A stretch of DNA of 64,000 nucleotides. Source: Eledone cirrhosa (lineage: Eukaryota). The stretch lies in contig OZ024741.1 of NCBI GenBank assembly GCA_964016885.1, forward strand, positions 222,456,001 to 222,520,000. Direction: 5' to 3'. Position numbers and translations under genes: made by a program. The notes under the pieces are model-generated. The model was given only the letters and a program-made list of their open reading frames with translations, was not told the origin of the DNA and ran no database searches. Of this stretch, positions 14,301 to 27,665 are shown one piece after another (positions within the stretch are counted from its first letter, which is position 1; each line of letters opens with the position of its first letter).

Positions 14301-15304
14301 AGAAGTCCCATTTACTGCTGAAATGGAAAACACAGAAAAAGAAAAGCAGGTAAAAGTAAGTGCAAAGAAAGAACTGCTACAGAAACTGGCTAAGAAATGA
14401 CAAGAAAAGCCTCTGTATGGAAAATACCCAGAGCGAGCTAACAATCCTGATGTTGACAAAACTTTAACCCATCAGTGGTTGGCATCCTCTGGACTGAAAT
14501 CGGAGACTGAAGGACTGATTATATCAGCACAAGATCAGTGTCTGCCAACAAAAAATTACCAAGCCAACATAATAAAAAATGGATGCAGCCCATTATGCCG
14601 TGTATGCAAAAAACAACCAGAGACCATTGACCATATAATTTCAATGTGCAGTCCTATAGCTCCAACCGAATACCTAAACAGGCATGACAGAGCTGCACAA
14701 TACATACATTGGATAATGTGTAAGCATTTTGACCTGCCCCATCAAAAGAATTGGTGGGAGCATCAACCACCTCCCATACTTGAAAAAGATCACATCTCAA
14801 TCTTGTGGAACTTTAGCATCCAAACAGACCGAAAAATAGATGCAAATAGACCTGATATAATATTGAAGGACTTTAAAAAGAGGGTATGCCTGCTAATTGA
14901 TATGTCTGTTCCAATAGACAAGAATGTATCTATAAAAACATTTGAAAAATTGAGAAAGTATAAGGACCTGGAGATAGAAATTGGAAAAATTTGGAAATTG
15001 AGAACTAAAACAATACCAGTGGTTGTAGGCGCTCTGGGAATGATACCTAAGGGGTCTAATGCTTACTTATCGCAAATCCCAGGAAACCCGCGTATAGGAG
15101 AAATACAAAAGATAGTACTAATGGGAACTGCCCATATACTAAGGAAGATTCTGTCAATATAAGTACATCACAAGTCTAAACACTAAAGATGCATGTGTGA
15201 GTATGTATGTTCTTTCTTGAACATGGCAGACCTTGTTGTCTTTTGAGGTCACTGGTTGTGACTTGGTGATAACTCGTATGAACATAAAGCAAGATAAATG
15301 CAAC

Positions 15305-15365
<61 letters not shown>
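11345..15365 (+). mobile_element. R4/Dong-clade non-LTR retrotransposon (RT + restriction-like endonuclease), near full length, with stops and frameshifts
   Basis: ORF pieces 11514-15162: WKSPGKD, YRPITCL, QKG, WIDYKKAFDS, FYMDDLKL, CRVC..ETIDHI..C (CCHC), RHD, RPD; 3' (AAT)n tail at 15307-15365, consistent with Dong targeting of TAA repeats. Confidence 0.92.
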
Positions 15366-15394
<29 letters not shown>

Positions 15395-15719
15395 AGTTTT
15401 ATATTCATGTATTTATATAATTTTTAAATGGCATTGAATAAGGTGATCAAAAATAAATACTAAACTTTTTAATGTAGTTAGAAAAGTTTTTCATATGACT
15501 AGAAGACTTATTATATAATCTTTTGTTCTGTTGTTTCAATTGTTAAGACACATTGACAAAAATATCCTTTTTTTTTAATTCACGATAACTGAAAGAATTC
15601 TTTTCATTTTTACTTTTTAGAGTGAGGATGATTGTATTATGTGATTATTCTGTTTTCATCAATTACAACAAAGATATTCTTATAGTTGTAACCTATATAA
15701 AGTCAGCTTAATATGTACG

Positions 15720-16079
<360 letters not shown>

Positions 16080-18183
16080 ATTAACAACAAAGTACACGTA
16101 TGCGCATGATTTATGATGTAATATATCTATGTAGAGCGTGTACTGCGCTATAAGATGCACAATTTATTTAACCTGCCCTTCGTGTTTTATCTTATTTAGT
16201 TTACTTTAATCACCTTGTAGACTTGGAGTGGGCCAGTGACCTGTGCCCATCTGGGATGGAAATCTAGCCTGTAACTGTGAGCGGACCTGTGCCATCTCGC
16301 CGTGAGCAGTAGATACGTAGCACATGCACGTGTTACCCTCCTATTCTGTGGTTTAAGATCTACAGGCTGACTTCGGGGAGCTCTTGCCCGGTGTTGTAGT
16401 CTTTCTAGCACAATCGGCCTTCCATATATTGACGGTCGTTGTTATTATCCCAAAAATAACGTTTTGGCCCCGATAGCTCTCCGTAGTTATTAACGGTCTG
16501 TTTACACTTGAATCGGGTGACTACACGTGTGGACGTGCATCTCTTCGTAAGAATTTACTTTGATTAATTTTGCTGCATTTCCTCGTAAGAATTTATTTTG
16601 ATTAATTTTGCTGGAAAAAAATATATTATCTGTGACCAGTGTGAGCGACTGTTGTGGGTTCTGCCTTTTGTTAGCCTGATAAGATATTTCTGTGTAATAT
16701 ATCCGCTTTGACCCGGGTGTCCTACGCTGTGTGTGTGTGCGTGTATGTCTGTATATACATTTATATGTGTATGAGTGTAGGTGGTTATATATGTCTATAT
16801 ATAAATATATATATATACCGTCTCTGCATATGCATGTGGTGTGTGTATATGTATATACGTACTAACCATATTGTTGTGTATATTCTTGGGATGCCTCAAT
16901 GTTGTGATTTCATGGATATTGGCTTTTGAAGCTATTTTTTATATGCGCTGTTGAGTCTCATATATTAAATGGTATGCATATTAACCCGCCCAACCCAACT
17001 GTTTTTGCTTGCTTTCGGCTAGCCCACCTGCACTTGCTTGCTTTCGGCCCACTTATCTGCCTCTTGATGTTCATGTTGATGTAAACGAATTTGCTTGCTA
17101 CCTTGTAACGTTGTGACACTCAGTTATCTGCCCATGGATGTTCCTGCTGCTGCATGTGAATTTACCTACCTTCCTTGCATATGTCCTTGCTAGTGATGTG
17201 GATATACTTCTGTTGACCAATGGATTCCTGCCCGAGTGTGAACCTTTTGTGATTGCCCCACCGCTCAACTATATGAATGCACACCCGTGACTTTAGAGTG
17301 TGAACTTCTGTGACTGCCCAACCTGGGATGTCTCCATTGCATTGCAATGGTCAACTCAATCGAGTGTGGACATAGCACCTGTTGATTATAAATCTCATTT
17401 GAGCATTTGATTGTTGTGATATGGCTAACTGTAACACTTAAGGCGTTCGTGTGCCCCTGATATATTCAAAAAATATATATCTTATCTCACTTTACTTTAT
17501 TTTATTTCATTGTATTTTATTTTATATAATTTTATTTTATTTTATTCTTTACCCTTTATCTTTATTATCTGTATATTTTATATATATTTTTTATATTTTT
17601 TATATATATTATTTGTCTATTTTTTATCTATTTTTTATCTAATTTTATCTACTCTTATCTATTTTTGTCTATTCCTTATCTATTCTCTATCTCTTATCCA
17701 TGGTTAATCTATTTTTTATCTATGGTTAATCTATTTTTATCCTTTGTGTATCTTACTTTTACCCATTGTATTTTTACCCATTGTATATCTACCATTTATC
17801 TCTTAGCTTTTGCATACTCGTCCATGATATGTTATTTGTATTAGTCTATACTATATGTGTTGCATATGGCTGCCTGTTGTGTGGTTGCATGCGGGAGCTC
17901 ATGCTTATGCGTATGCTTGTATGTAACTGTATGTTAACAGCACCCTGCCCAACTGCGAGTGATAGCACCTCTTATTTTTCAATGCTTATTTTTCAATGTT
18001 TATTTTTTATTTCTTCAATGTTTATTTTTTACTTTTTACTATTCTTTATCCTCCAATTTTATTTTCTACACTATCTCACTCTATTCACTCTACTCTTTAA
18101 ACTCCTCCCAACTTATGGCATCCCCATATATATTCTTCTGTCTTGGCTTTGTTAATGCTTGTGTAATATGTACTCACTCTTTA

Positions 18184-18229
18184 TGCTCTGATGAGTCCCA
18201 CTTATAGTGTGGACGAAACACTGTTAGCA
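18184..18229 (+). ncRNA. Type I hammerhead ribozyme at the end of a long non-coding PLE-like 3' region (~16170-18365)
   Basis: tgct CTGATGA gtcc cacttatagtgt ggac GAAA cactg TT agca; the segment runs into (TA)n downstream. Confidence 0.8.
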
Positions 18230-18536
18230 ATTAAAGATATACCTATGTTCTAAGCGTTCTTTGTTGTTAATTATATTACGGCTCTGTCCTCAGACATCGA
18301 GCTAACCTTATACTGCCTATTGGATAAGTGGAGTGTTACACACTCCTAATCCTCTCCCTTATATACTATATATATATTTATTAAACTAACAGATTAAAGT
18401 TTAAGGAAAGAATCGCTGCTTTAATCTGTTATTTTAATAAATATTTGCTCTACGGTTCTTATATATTTGATATATATTTATCCTTATCGAGCCCTCTTTG
18501 AATTTTAGTCTTCAAATTTATTATTACTACTACTAC

Positions 18537-18617
<81 letters not shown>

Positions 18618-19189
18618 AAGTAATTCCGTCGGAAAAGTCCAGCAAAAAAGAGTGCTCTATGTAGGTAACAGAGCTTAATAGTTTTTTTTTGTTTTTAGAA
18701 TCCAAATTCAATAAACAGACCAGGATTTTTTCATTCTGAGGATTGAAAGCAAAATTTGTTGCTTTTAAGAAACCACTGGTAAATGAAATAATTGCCTTAT
18801 GTTGTTTATTACATAACTATATATATATATATATATATATAGATATACATATATATATATATATATATGTAATATATATATATGTGAGATATATATGTAA
18901 TATATATATATTTGAAAGGGAGTAAGGTTCTATACAAAACAGAGGTTATAGAGAAGAAGTGGAATTGGAAATAGCATGGAAAATATATTTAAAGGATCTG
19001 ATTTTCTTTTTTTTCATCTTTGATTCGTCAAAGTGACATTATTGAAAAAATGAAAAAGGAGTTTTATAATGTATATAAAATATATAAAATATAACCAGTC
19101 TCGATATATCAGTGTAATCCATCTTATCAAATGTTGATATATATATGTAATATATATATAATATATAAATATTTAATATAGAAATAGCT

Positions 19190-19255
<66 letters not shown>

Positions 19256-19256
19256 T

Positions 19257-21826
19257 ATTTACGTATCGAGAGAGAGAAAAAAGGAGGGATAGGTGATACA
19301 TGTAGTTATTTGACAAATAGCGTATGCAGGAGGTGCTCAATACTAGTGACGGCAGTGTTAGATATTAGAGGTATTAATATCTAGTGGGTGAGAGAGTTAG
19401 CAGAGCGTAAGCACGTGGAAAAGTAAGAAATAGGAGAACAGCCCGGTAATACATGTTTATTTAAAACAGCACCTACGTACGTTTCGCCCGGATGGGTTTC
19501 TCAAGGTCATAAATAACTAAAAAGTGTTCCTTACAAGGCCCGGGAAGTGTTTTTGGAGGTAAGTTCACGTCAGAGTTCATTCTTCGCAAAAAAGCCTGTT
19601 TTGTTTTTGCAGTAGGTCAAGGGAGGTAACTCTGGACGGTGTTAGGGCAGTCTTTCCCGGATAAATTTTTTATCCGTTACAAGATGTGGTTACAACCTTA
19701 CCATTGTCGATACGCACAGGGTCAGGTAAGCAACGTTTGTTTTGAGACGTTTGTTGCTGCACCTGCCTGGGTCGTTTGAAGCTGGGTCTGGGATGCATGG
19801 TTAGTTTCCGGATGTTTTTTGCAGCGCCTGCCCTCCGGGATGTTAAAGCTTGTTGCAGGGACACCCGGTATACGGTTTCACTTCTCATCCTTATCCCATC
19901 TGAAGAAGGATATTTTTTAGCGATGTGTACAGCTTACCCTCGTTTCAGTTCTGCTGTTGATGAGCTCGTGGGGTCCCGTTATGATGTGGTAGAGCTCCAT
20001 GAGGCCAAGATCTCACTTCCTCTTGAAGTTGTACGGTGCTGCCCTGCCGACAATATCCCAGTGCGCGGAGAAGCTTATGTTTAAGTCTTTTAATGGTGTG
20101 ATGTAGTCCGCGAGCGAAGTGGAGTGTCTTAATTTCTTATTTTTGAAAGAGTGGAGATGTGTTCGAAATCTAATTTTGAACGGGCCCGAGGTAGTCCCTA
20201 TATTATGTTTAACGCTATTGTGGCTAGTTACAGTGCACCTATATATAACCCTATCAGTGAAGCAGTATCCCCTAAGGGGGCAGCGTCCCCTGTCGCGACA
20301 GTTGCAATTTTGGTCGCGGTCCCTTCTAATTCCCACGGTAAGGCTATCATTGCTACTATCTACGTTGTTACCTACTCTCCCGCACCTGTCGTTAGCACCA
20401 TTACAACCCACAGCGCGCGGGGTGGTACCATTATTATTCCGCACGTCATGTCCTGCATGTTCCCCTGTCATGTCGCGGTTATGCTGATTGCGTCTGTCGA
20501 GGCTGTTGCCAGCACTATTGGATGCTGATAGGGAGTTGTTAAGGCCGATATAGTTATTGTCAGGTGTAGGTGCGTGTGTACTAAGGTGTTGTGTCTTGGT
20601 GATCTTACTGTGATTAGTTGTTCCTATGATGTCTGCTAGGTTAGGAGTAGTAGAGAAGGATATTTTTATATTGTTCCTATTAAGGATTTTTCTATACCTA
20701 TGGTTAGGTGGGAAGTTCTTCTCTAAGGCTTCGAAGAATATCCGGGGTATGTCGGAGGCCACACTCCAGGAGTAGGGGGGCACCATAGGACGTTACAGTG
20801 GCGATTACGTGTCCTTGTACGTTTGCTACGGGTGGTTCCATCAGGGTAACCGTCCTTATGCATGTTAATGCGCTGTAGCCCGTTACGCGCCCCTTTCACT
20901 TTATGCTCGGGTGCACTCTTCTTCCTTCTGTTTTGTTTATGCACAGGAAGATGTTGGTTGGAAGGCGTTGGTAGTAGGCCGTCGCCTTTATTGAATTTAT
21001 AGTAGGGGAATAATTCGAGTAGGCTACAGTGGTCACTGTCACCTGGGTCGTGATCTTTATTGTGTGGTAAGTTACCTATACTATCGCCAGTGTAATGAAC
21101 GTTGCGACCGTGTTCCTTAGTGCGATTATCTATACTATTACATCCGACTCCTACGAAGTCGCCGCGTGATCGGTTATAGGTATGGCTTACTATAACGTTC
21201 GCCTTATGAGGGTGGTGGGGTGGTTTCTGGAGCTAGCGTTAGGGAAGTAGGAAATTCCTCGTTTAAAGCCAGCGCTTATCAAGGCCCTATTGTAGTAATC
21301 TGCCGCTTGGTTGAAGATATCCTCATTGGCGGAGAGCCTCTAGATCCTATGTGAGATGCTATAGACTATGGAGTTGAGAGTCTGCTTAGGGTGGTTGGAG
21401 GCATAATTAATATAAGAAAGGCTCTGTCCAGGCTTATGGTATGGCTTGTATAGGCCCGTACTCAAATCCAGGGTCACGTCCAGGAAGTTGACAACCTGGT
21501 GGTTTAGGTCTATAGTTACGGATAGACCGTATGACTTGAAGAACCTGTGTATATGCTTGTTAAGGTTCTCTATCCTACGAGGATATGGTTCCTAACGGTA
21601 AACAGGGCATCATCCTTATATACACCTCCTTCTAGGGCCGGTATCTCGTGCCTAAGCTTATGGAGGAGGTACATTCCGACCAGGTCAGTTGCTTGCGCTG
21701 AGTCGCTGGACCCCATCGTGATATCGAAGTTATCAGGACGGTTGGTTCTGGTCCAGTGGGAGCCTTCGAACTGGATAATGGTTTTATGCGCCGCTAGAAC
21801 TATGTCTATTTCTTTTTTAGTGAGGC
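19257..21826 (-). mobile_element. Naiad-like Penelope element, left arm of palindrome (5'-truncated RT + GIY-YIG + pLTR)
   Basis: Minus: NFDITMGSSDSAQATDLVG, GVYKDD, VNFLDVTL, PPYSWSV, CNCRDRGRCPL..C, VIYRC..IGTTS.PFK.RF.TH. Confidence 0.92.
19470..19508 (-). ncRNA. Minimal hammerhead, U3:A8 core variant (second copy on + at ~23971-24008)
   Basis: acc TTGAGAA (a/g)ccc atcc gggc GAAA cgtacg TA ggt. Confidence 0.7.
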
Positions 21827-21883
21827 TAGTGTTAGATTTAGCGTTAGATTTAGCGTTAGATTTAGTGTTAGATTTAGCGTTAG
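21827..21883. repeat. 12-bp tandem repeat at the inversion junction
   Basis: About 4.5 copies of gttagatttagY between the two arms. Confidence 0.9.
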
Positions 21884-24064
21884 GAACCATAGCCCTCGTA
21901 GGATAGAGAACCTTAACAAGCATATACACAGGTTCTTCAAGTCATACGGCCTATCCGTAACTATAGACCTCAACCATCAGGTTGTCAACTTCCTGGACAT
22001 GACCCTGGAGTTGAGTATGGGCCTATACAAGCCATACCATAAGCCTGGACAGAGCCTTTCTTATATTAATTATGCCTCCAACCACCCTTAGCAGACTCTC
22101 AACTCCATAGTCTATAGCATCTCACATAGGATCTCGAGACTCTTCGCCAATGAGGATATCTTCAACCAAGCGTCAGATTACTACAATAGGGCCTTGATAA
22201 GCGCTGGCTTTAACCGAAGAATTTTCTACATCCCTAACGCTAGCTCCAGAACCCCCCCCCCCTCCATCATAAGACGAACGTTATAGTAAGCCATACCTAT
22301 AACCGATCACGCGGCGACTTCGTAGGAGTCGGATGTAATAGTATAGATAATCGCACTAAGGAACACGGCCGCAACGTTAATTACACTGGCGATAGTATAG
22401 GTAACTTACCACACAATAACGATCACGACCCCGGTGACAGTGACCACTGTAGCCTACTCGAATTATTCCCCTACTATAAATTCAATAAAGGCGACGGCCT
22501 ACTACCAACGCCTTCCAACCAACATCTTCCTGTACATAAACATGGAAGAAGGAAGAAGAGTGCACCCGAGCATAAAGTGAAAGGGGCACGTAACGGGTTA
22601 CAGCGCATTAACATGCATAAGGACGGTTACCTTGATGGAACCACCCGTAGCAAACGTACAAGGACACGTAATCGCCACCGTAACGTCCTATGGTGACCCC
22701 TACTCCTGGAGTGTGGCCTCCGACATACCCCGGATATTCTTCGAAGCCTTAGAGAAGAACTTCCCACCGAACCATAGGTATAGAAAAATCCTTAATAGGA
22801 ACAATATAAAAATATCCTTCTCTACTATTCCTAGCAGACATCATAGGAACAACTAATCACAGTAAGATCACCAAGACACAACACCTTAGTACAGATGCAC
22901 CTACACCTGACAATAACTATATCGGCCTTAACGACTCCCTAGCAGCATCAACAGTGCTGGCAACAGCCTCTACAGACGCAACCAGCATAACCGCGACATG
23001 ACAGGGGAACATGCAGGACATGACGTGCGGAATAATAATGGTACCACCCCGCGCGCTGTGGGTTGTAATGGTGCTAACGACAGGTGCGGGAGAGTAGGTA
23101 ACAACGTAGATAGTAGCAATGATAGCCTTACCGTGGGAATTAGAAGGGACCGCGACCAAAATTGCAACTGTCGCGACAGGGGACGCTGCCCCCTTAGGGG
23201 ATACTGCTTCACTGATAGGGTTATATATAGGTGCACTGTAACTAGCCACAATAGCGTTAAACATAATATAGGGACTACCTCGGGCCCGTTCAAAATTAGA
23301 TTTCGAACACATCTCCACTCTTTCAAAAATAAGAAATTAAGACACTCCACTTCGCTCGCGGACTACATCACACCATTAAAAGACTTAAACATAAGCTTCT
23401 CCACGCACTGGGATATAGTCGGCAGGGCAGCACCGTACAACTTCAAGAGGAAGTGAGATCTTTGCCTCATGGAGCTCTACCACATCATAACGAGACCCCA
23501 CGAGCTCATCAACAGCAGAACTGAAACGAGGGTAAGCTGTACACATCACTTAAAAATATCCTTCTTCAGATGGGATAAGGATGAGAAGTGAAACCGTATA
23601 CCGGGTGTCCCTGCAACAAGCTTTAACACCCCGGCGGGCAAGCGCTGCAAAAAACATCCGGAAACTAAACATGCATCCCGGACACAGCCTCAAACGACCC
23701 AGACGGGTAGGTGCAGCAACAAACGTCTCAAAACAAACGTTGCTTACCTGACCCTGTGCGTATCGACAATGGTAAGGTTGTAACCACATCTTGTAACGGA
23801 TAAAAAATTTGTCCGGGAAAGACGGCCCTAACACCGTCCAGAGTTACCTCCCTTGACCTACTGCAAAATCAAAACAGGCTTTTTTGCGAAGAATGAACTC
23901 TGACGTGAACTTACCCCCCCCCCCCCCAAACACTTTCCGGGCCATGTAAGGAACACTTTTAGTTATTTATGCCCTTGAGAAGCCCATCCGGGCGAAACGT
24001 ACGTAGGTTCTGTTTTAAATAAATATATTTTAACGGGCTGTTCTCCTATTTCTTACTTTTCCAC

Positions 24065-24065
<1 letters not shown>
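21879..24065 (+). mobile_element. Naiad-like Penelope element, right arm (inverted duplicate of ~19413-21596)
   Basis: Reverse complement of the left arm with scattered substitutions and indels; RT thumb through endonuclease: ..YNFKRK(TGA)DLCLMELYHII..LINSRTE..SCTH; ends in (TA)n. Confidence 0.92.
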
Positions 24066-24114
<49 letters not shown>

Positions 24115-24261
24115 AATATATATATATATATATATATTTAATATAGAAGCCATTTCTATATTAAATATTTATACTCTGCTATATTGAGTACCTTACTTAC
24201 TGTGGTTATCCCCAATTGAACCCGGGATAAACTTATATATATATGATATATAGATTGTCCA

Positions 24262-24500
24262 AGTAAATGTTAACGTTAATCCTTTATTGGCAGATATAAT
24301 GAGGGAAAGAGAGAAGAAATAGAAAGATAAACGAGAGTTAGAAAAGAAGGAAAACAGGAGAAAAACACATATGTAGTTAGTTAACCATTTTGGAAAAGTG
24401 AAAAAATATCTTCCTGTTTCTTTCTTTTCTTCTTTTGTCTCTCTTCGTATTTTTTCTTCTCACTCTCATTTTATCCACCAATAAAGGACTAACATTTGAA
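24262..24500. repeat. Diverged inverted repeat
   Basis: tcctttattgg..ataatgag / ctcattttat..ccaataaagga, with a purine-rich arm facing a pyrimidine-rich arm. Confidence 0.65.
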
Positions 24501-24579
24501 ACGTCAAAACACTTGTCCTATATCAAACAGTAAACTGTAAACCAATATATATTATCATTGCACTGTATTGTTTTCCCAA

Positions 24580-24641
<62 letters not shown>

Positions 24642-24946
24642 TTATTTTCTTCTGGTCGTTTTGGAAGCCTCAACAATGCAGATGGGTAAGTCTCCGGGTA
24701 ACAGGATCCGGTGGTGAAGAGAGAGATGTAAGGGAATGTAGAATGAGATGTATAATGTGTAGAGGAACGTAGGAAAGAGCGTAAAAAATAAAAATAATAA
24801 CACGAGATAGAGTTACCTTGGGAGAGATTTAATTGTCCCTATATTTCGGATTCGCATCCATCAAGTGGGGTTTTTTCGGAGGGGGGGGGGGTATCTGTCG
24901 GAGAGGAACGGTACGTGTCCTCTGCTGTTCGCTGTTTGTGACTAAC

Positions 24947-24980
<34 letters not shown>

Positions 24981-25007
24981 ATATTTATACATATATATAT
25001 ATATATT

Positions 25008-26221
25008 TCTAGTATGAAGGAAGGAAAATAGGGCACAGGTCCCCTCTGGGAAATGGCCATGCTCAGAGTGTAGGAAAGGAGTAGGCAGAAATTCCAGTTT
25101 ATGTTCCAATTGCAAAGTATGGGTGCATAAAAGATGTAGTGGGATCACAGGATCTAAGAACCTAAATTTTATATGTGGCCGGTGCAATAAGTAGCAAGTG
25201 ACCACAGGATACTAGCTCCTTCTATTGCCCAGATAGCTCTATAGAAATAGTGGACACCTTCCGTTACCTGGGTAACAAAATTAGCAGTGGTGGAGGGTGC
25301 TCAGAAAGTACAGTAGCCAGAGTCAGAATGGGATGGAAAAAGTTCAGAGAGCTTATACTACTATTGGCCGCTAAAGGTTTGTCTCTAAAAATGAAAGGCA
25401 GACTGTATGATGCCTGTATACGAACAGCTATGGTACATGGCAGTGAGACATGGACATTGTGTGCAGAGGATCAGCGCAGACTAGAGAGGAACGAAGTATG
25501 CATGCTCTGCTGGATGTGTAATAGTAATATACGTGAACAGCAAAGCATAAATGAACTTAGTGAGAAATTAGGTATAACAGGGATCAGATGCTGTTTACTC
25601 GAGAGAAGACTACGTTGGTATGGTCACGTGATGCGCATGAAAGACGACAGCTGTATAAAAAAGTGCAGGGCGATCAAAATTGATGGAAGTTACGGAGGTA
25701 GGCAGACCCAGAAAAAACTGAGACGATTTGATAAATTTCGACCTTACACGCTTACACCTCTCTAAAACAATGTCACTGGACCTAGATCTTTGGTGCTATG
25801 CAGTAATACAGAAGACCCGCCTTGCCTATGTACAAAGCGAAACCTACAGTCAGTAGGCACCGCTTAATTAAATATACACCCCATCCCACTACCCCAACTC
25901 ACCCACCCTCACCCCCATCAACACCACCTCATTCTCTGTAAAGTTATGTTGGTACCACAACATCCAGTCCTAAATAAATAAGGTTGTGTAGGTGGCACGG
26001 CAAAAAAAAAACCACACAGTCCACGCTGTAATGTGGCTGTGTAGGTAACATGGTAAAAACCTCCCAGTCCGCACTGTAAACATGGTTAGGAAGGGCATCC
26101 AACCGTAGAAAACCTGCCAGACAGTCACATACGAGCGAGATGACCAATCTTGCCTCAAGCGGGACAATTCCCGTCTAAACCCATGCTAGCGTGGAAGATA
26201 GACGTTAAACGATGATGATGA
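25008..26221 (+). mobile_element. 5'-truncated RTE LINE (3' coding region + UTR + (GAT)n tail)
   Basis: ORF 25250-25765 (FRYLG..GWKKFRE..KGRLY..GSETW..RRLRWYGHVMR); tail gatgatgatg at ~26211. Confidence 0.9.
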
Positions 26222-26249
26222 TACATGTACATATATATATATGTGTAAA

Positions 26250-26363
<114 letters not shown>

Positions 26364-26387
26364 TATAGTGACGAAACATAAGTCAAT

Positions 26388-26439
<52 letters not shown>

Positions 26440-26659
26440 GGAGGTGAGTTTTATTGTAGCACAATAAAGCAATGCAAATATCGGATAAGTAGCACTCTAC
26501 AGTTTGTAGGACTGGAGTATAAATAATATAAGATCAAAAGATGGTTAAAAGAGTTCCAAGTATTTTATTATGCGCATTTCAAAAACAAATATCATCCTGT
26601 ATGTTGATTTAAAACTTCACTATTCACAAGTGTTTTTTAAGCTTCATATCATGTATCCT

Positions 26660-26728
26660 ATTTTATCTGATGAAAACGCAGATATCATCCCAGGATGATA
26701 TTTGTTTTTGAAATGCGCATAATAAAAT
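26660..26728 (+). ncRNA. Type I hammerhead ribozyme in a fold-back pLTR (26524-26768)
   Basis: attttat CTGATGA aaacgcagatatcatcc cag gatgatatttgttttt GAAA tgcgca TA ataaaat; 26524-26599 is an inverted partial copy. Confidence 0.85.
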
Positions 26729-26782
26729 ACTTGGAACTCTTTTAACCATCTATTGATCTTATATTATATATATATATATATA

Positions 26783-26995
26783 GGAAAAAGTATGACCCCG
26801 ACACCAGAGCTCGAGCCGTTTCGACGGCTATTTCTGGACTAGCCAGAAATAGCTAGAAATAGTCGAGAAATAGCCGTCGAGACGGCTTGAGCTCTGCCGT
26901 CGGGGTCATACTTTTTCCTATTTCCCACTCTACTACCCTAAGTATTGAGTACTCTGGTGCGTTATGGTCCATCTGGTTCCTTACCATAATTCCTT
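26783..26995. repeat. Fold-back fragment of the HHR-bearing family seen at 93-295
   Basis: ggaaaaagtatgaccccgac / gtcggggtcatactttttcc. Confidence 0.8.
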
Positions 26996-27113
26996 TGTTA
27001 TATATATAATTATATATATATATATACATATATATTATTATAAATGTAAACTATCGACTAAAGAAATTAAAGAAATTATTTAGCCTGATAGTGGGGTTAA
27101 GAACCCTCGGAGA

Positions 27114-27353
27114 AATGGAAAAAGATGAGTATTGACGTACATGGGAGTCGAATCCACATCTTTAGATATCCAGACCACTATGCTACCATTTACACACATC
27201 TTTAGTTATCCAGACCACTATGCTACCATTTACACCCGTCTTTTTCCATTCAAATTAGAAGCTATAAACTTAGCGACTGTAATGTCAAGTAAGAATATTT
27301 TTCGAAACAGTGGGTTCGACTCCCATATACGTCAATACTCATCTTTTTCCATT
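27114..27353. repeat. Inverted pair of tRNA-like SINE heads with an internal ~39-bp duplication
   Basis: Minus arm gacgggtgtaaatggtagcat..gtggattcgactcccatgtacgtc; plus arm gtgggttcgactcccatatacgtc (B-box). Confidence 0.6.
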
Positions 27354-27587
27354 ATCCAGACCGCGATAATATTGCTATTTTGCCGAACTCCTTACATTTT
27401 GTAGAGTTTTTTCGGAATGTTTTTTGACTGCTATTTCATGTAAATAGACATTCGTCTCATTCTGACGTCACCAGCCATGTCTCTCCAAATGTGTTTATTT
27501 TAATAATTACGCACGAGGTGAACTAGCCTGCTTTTAAATTCCCTTTTTGACATATTCTAGCAGTGAGCTAGGGTTATCGTGTTTGAA

Positions 27588-27665
27588 CTCTACTGATGAA
27601 CGGTTACAACCGTGACCATCCCCACTGAAAGTTTCGTGAAATAGTCTTTTTAAGACTATATAGAG
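27588..27665 (+). ncRNA. Type I hammerhead ribozyme with a full stem III
   Basis: ctcta CTGATGA acg(..32 nt..)cgt GAAA tagtctt ttt aagacta TA tagag. Confidence 0.8.

Noticed and set aside
14398-14400. In-frame TGA in the R4/Dong ORF as selenocysteine
   Set aside because: Position fits a Trp codon (TGG to TGA) and the copy has other stops and frameshifts.
23900-23956. SECIS candidate gtgaacttac..aaa..gtaagga downstream of the TGA-containing ORF
   Set aside because: Helix II is too short and the non-Watson-Crick quartet is out of register; not supportable without SECISearch.
24837-24870. Minus-strand HHR-like ccca CTTGAT ggat gcga atcc GAAA tata ggg
   Set aside because: Core is not CUGANGA or a 3:8 covariant; at best a decayed HHR.
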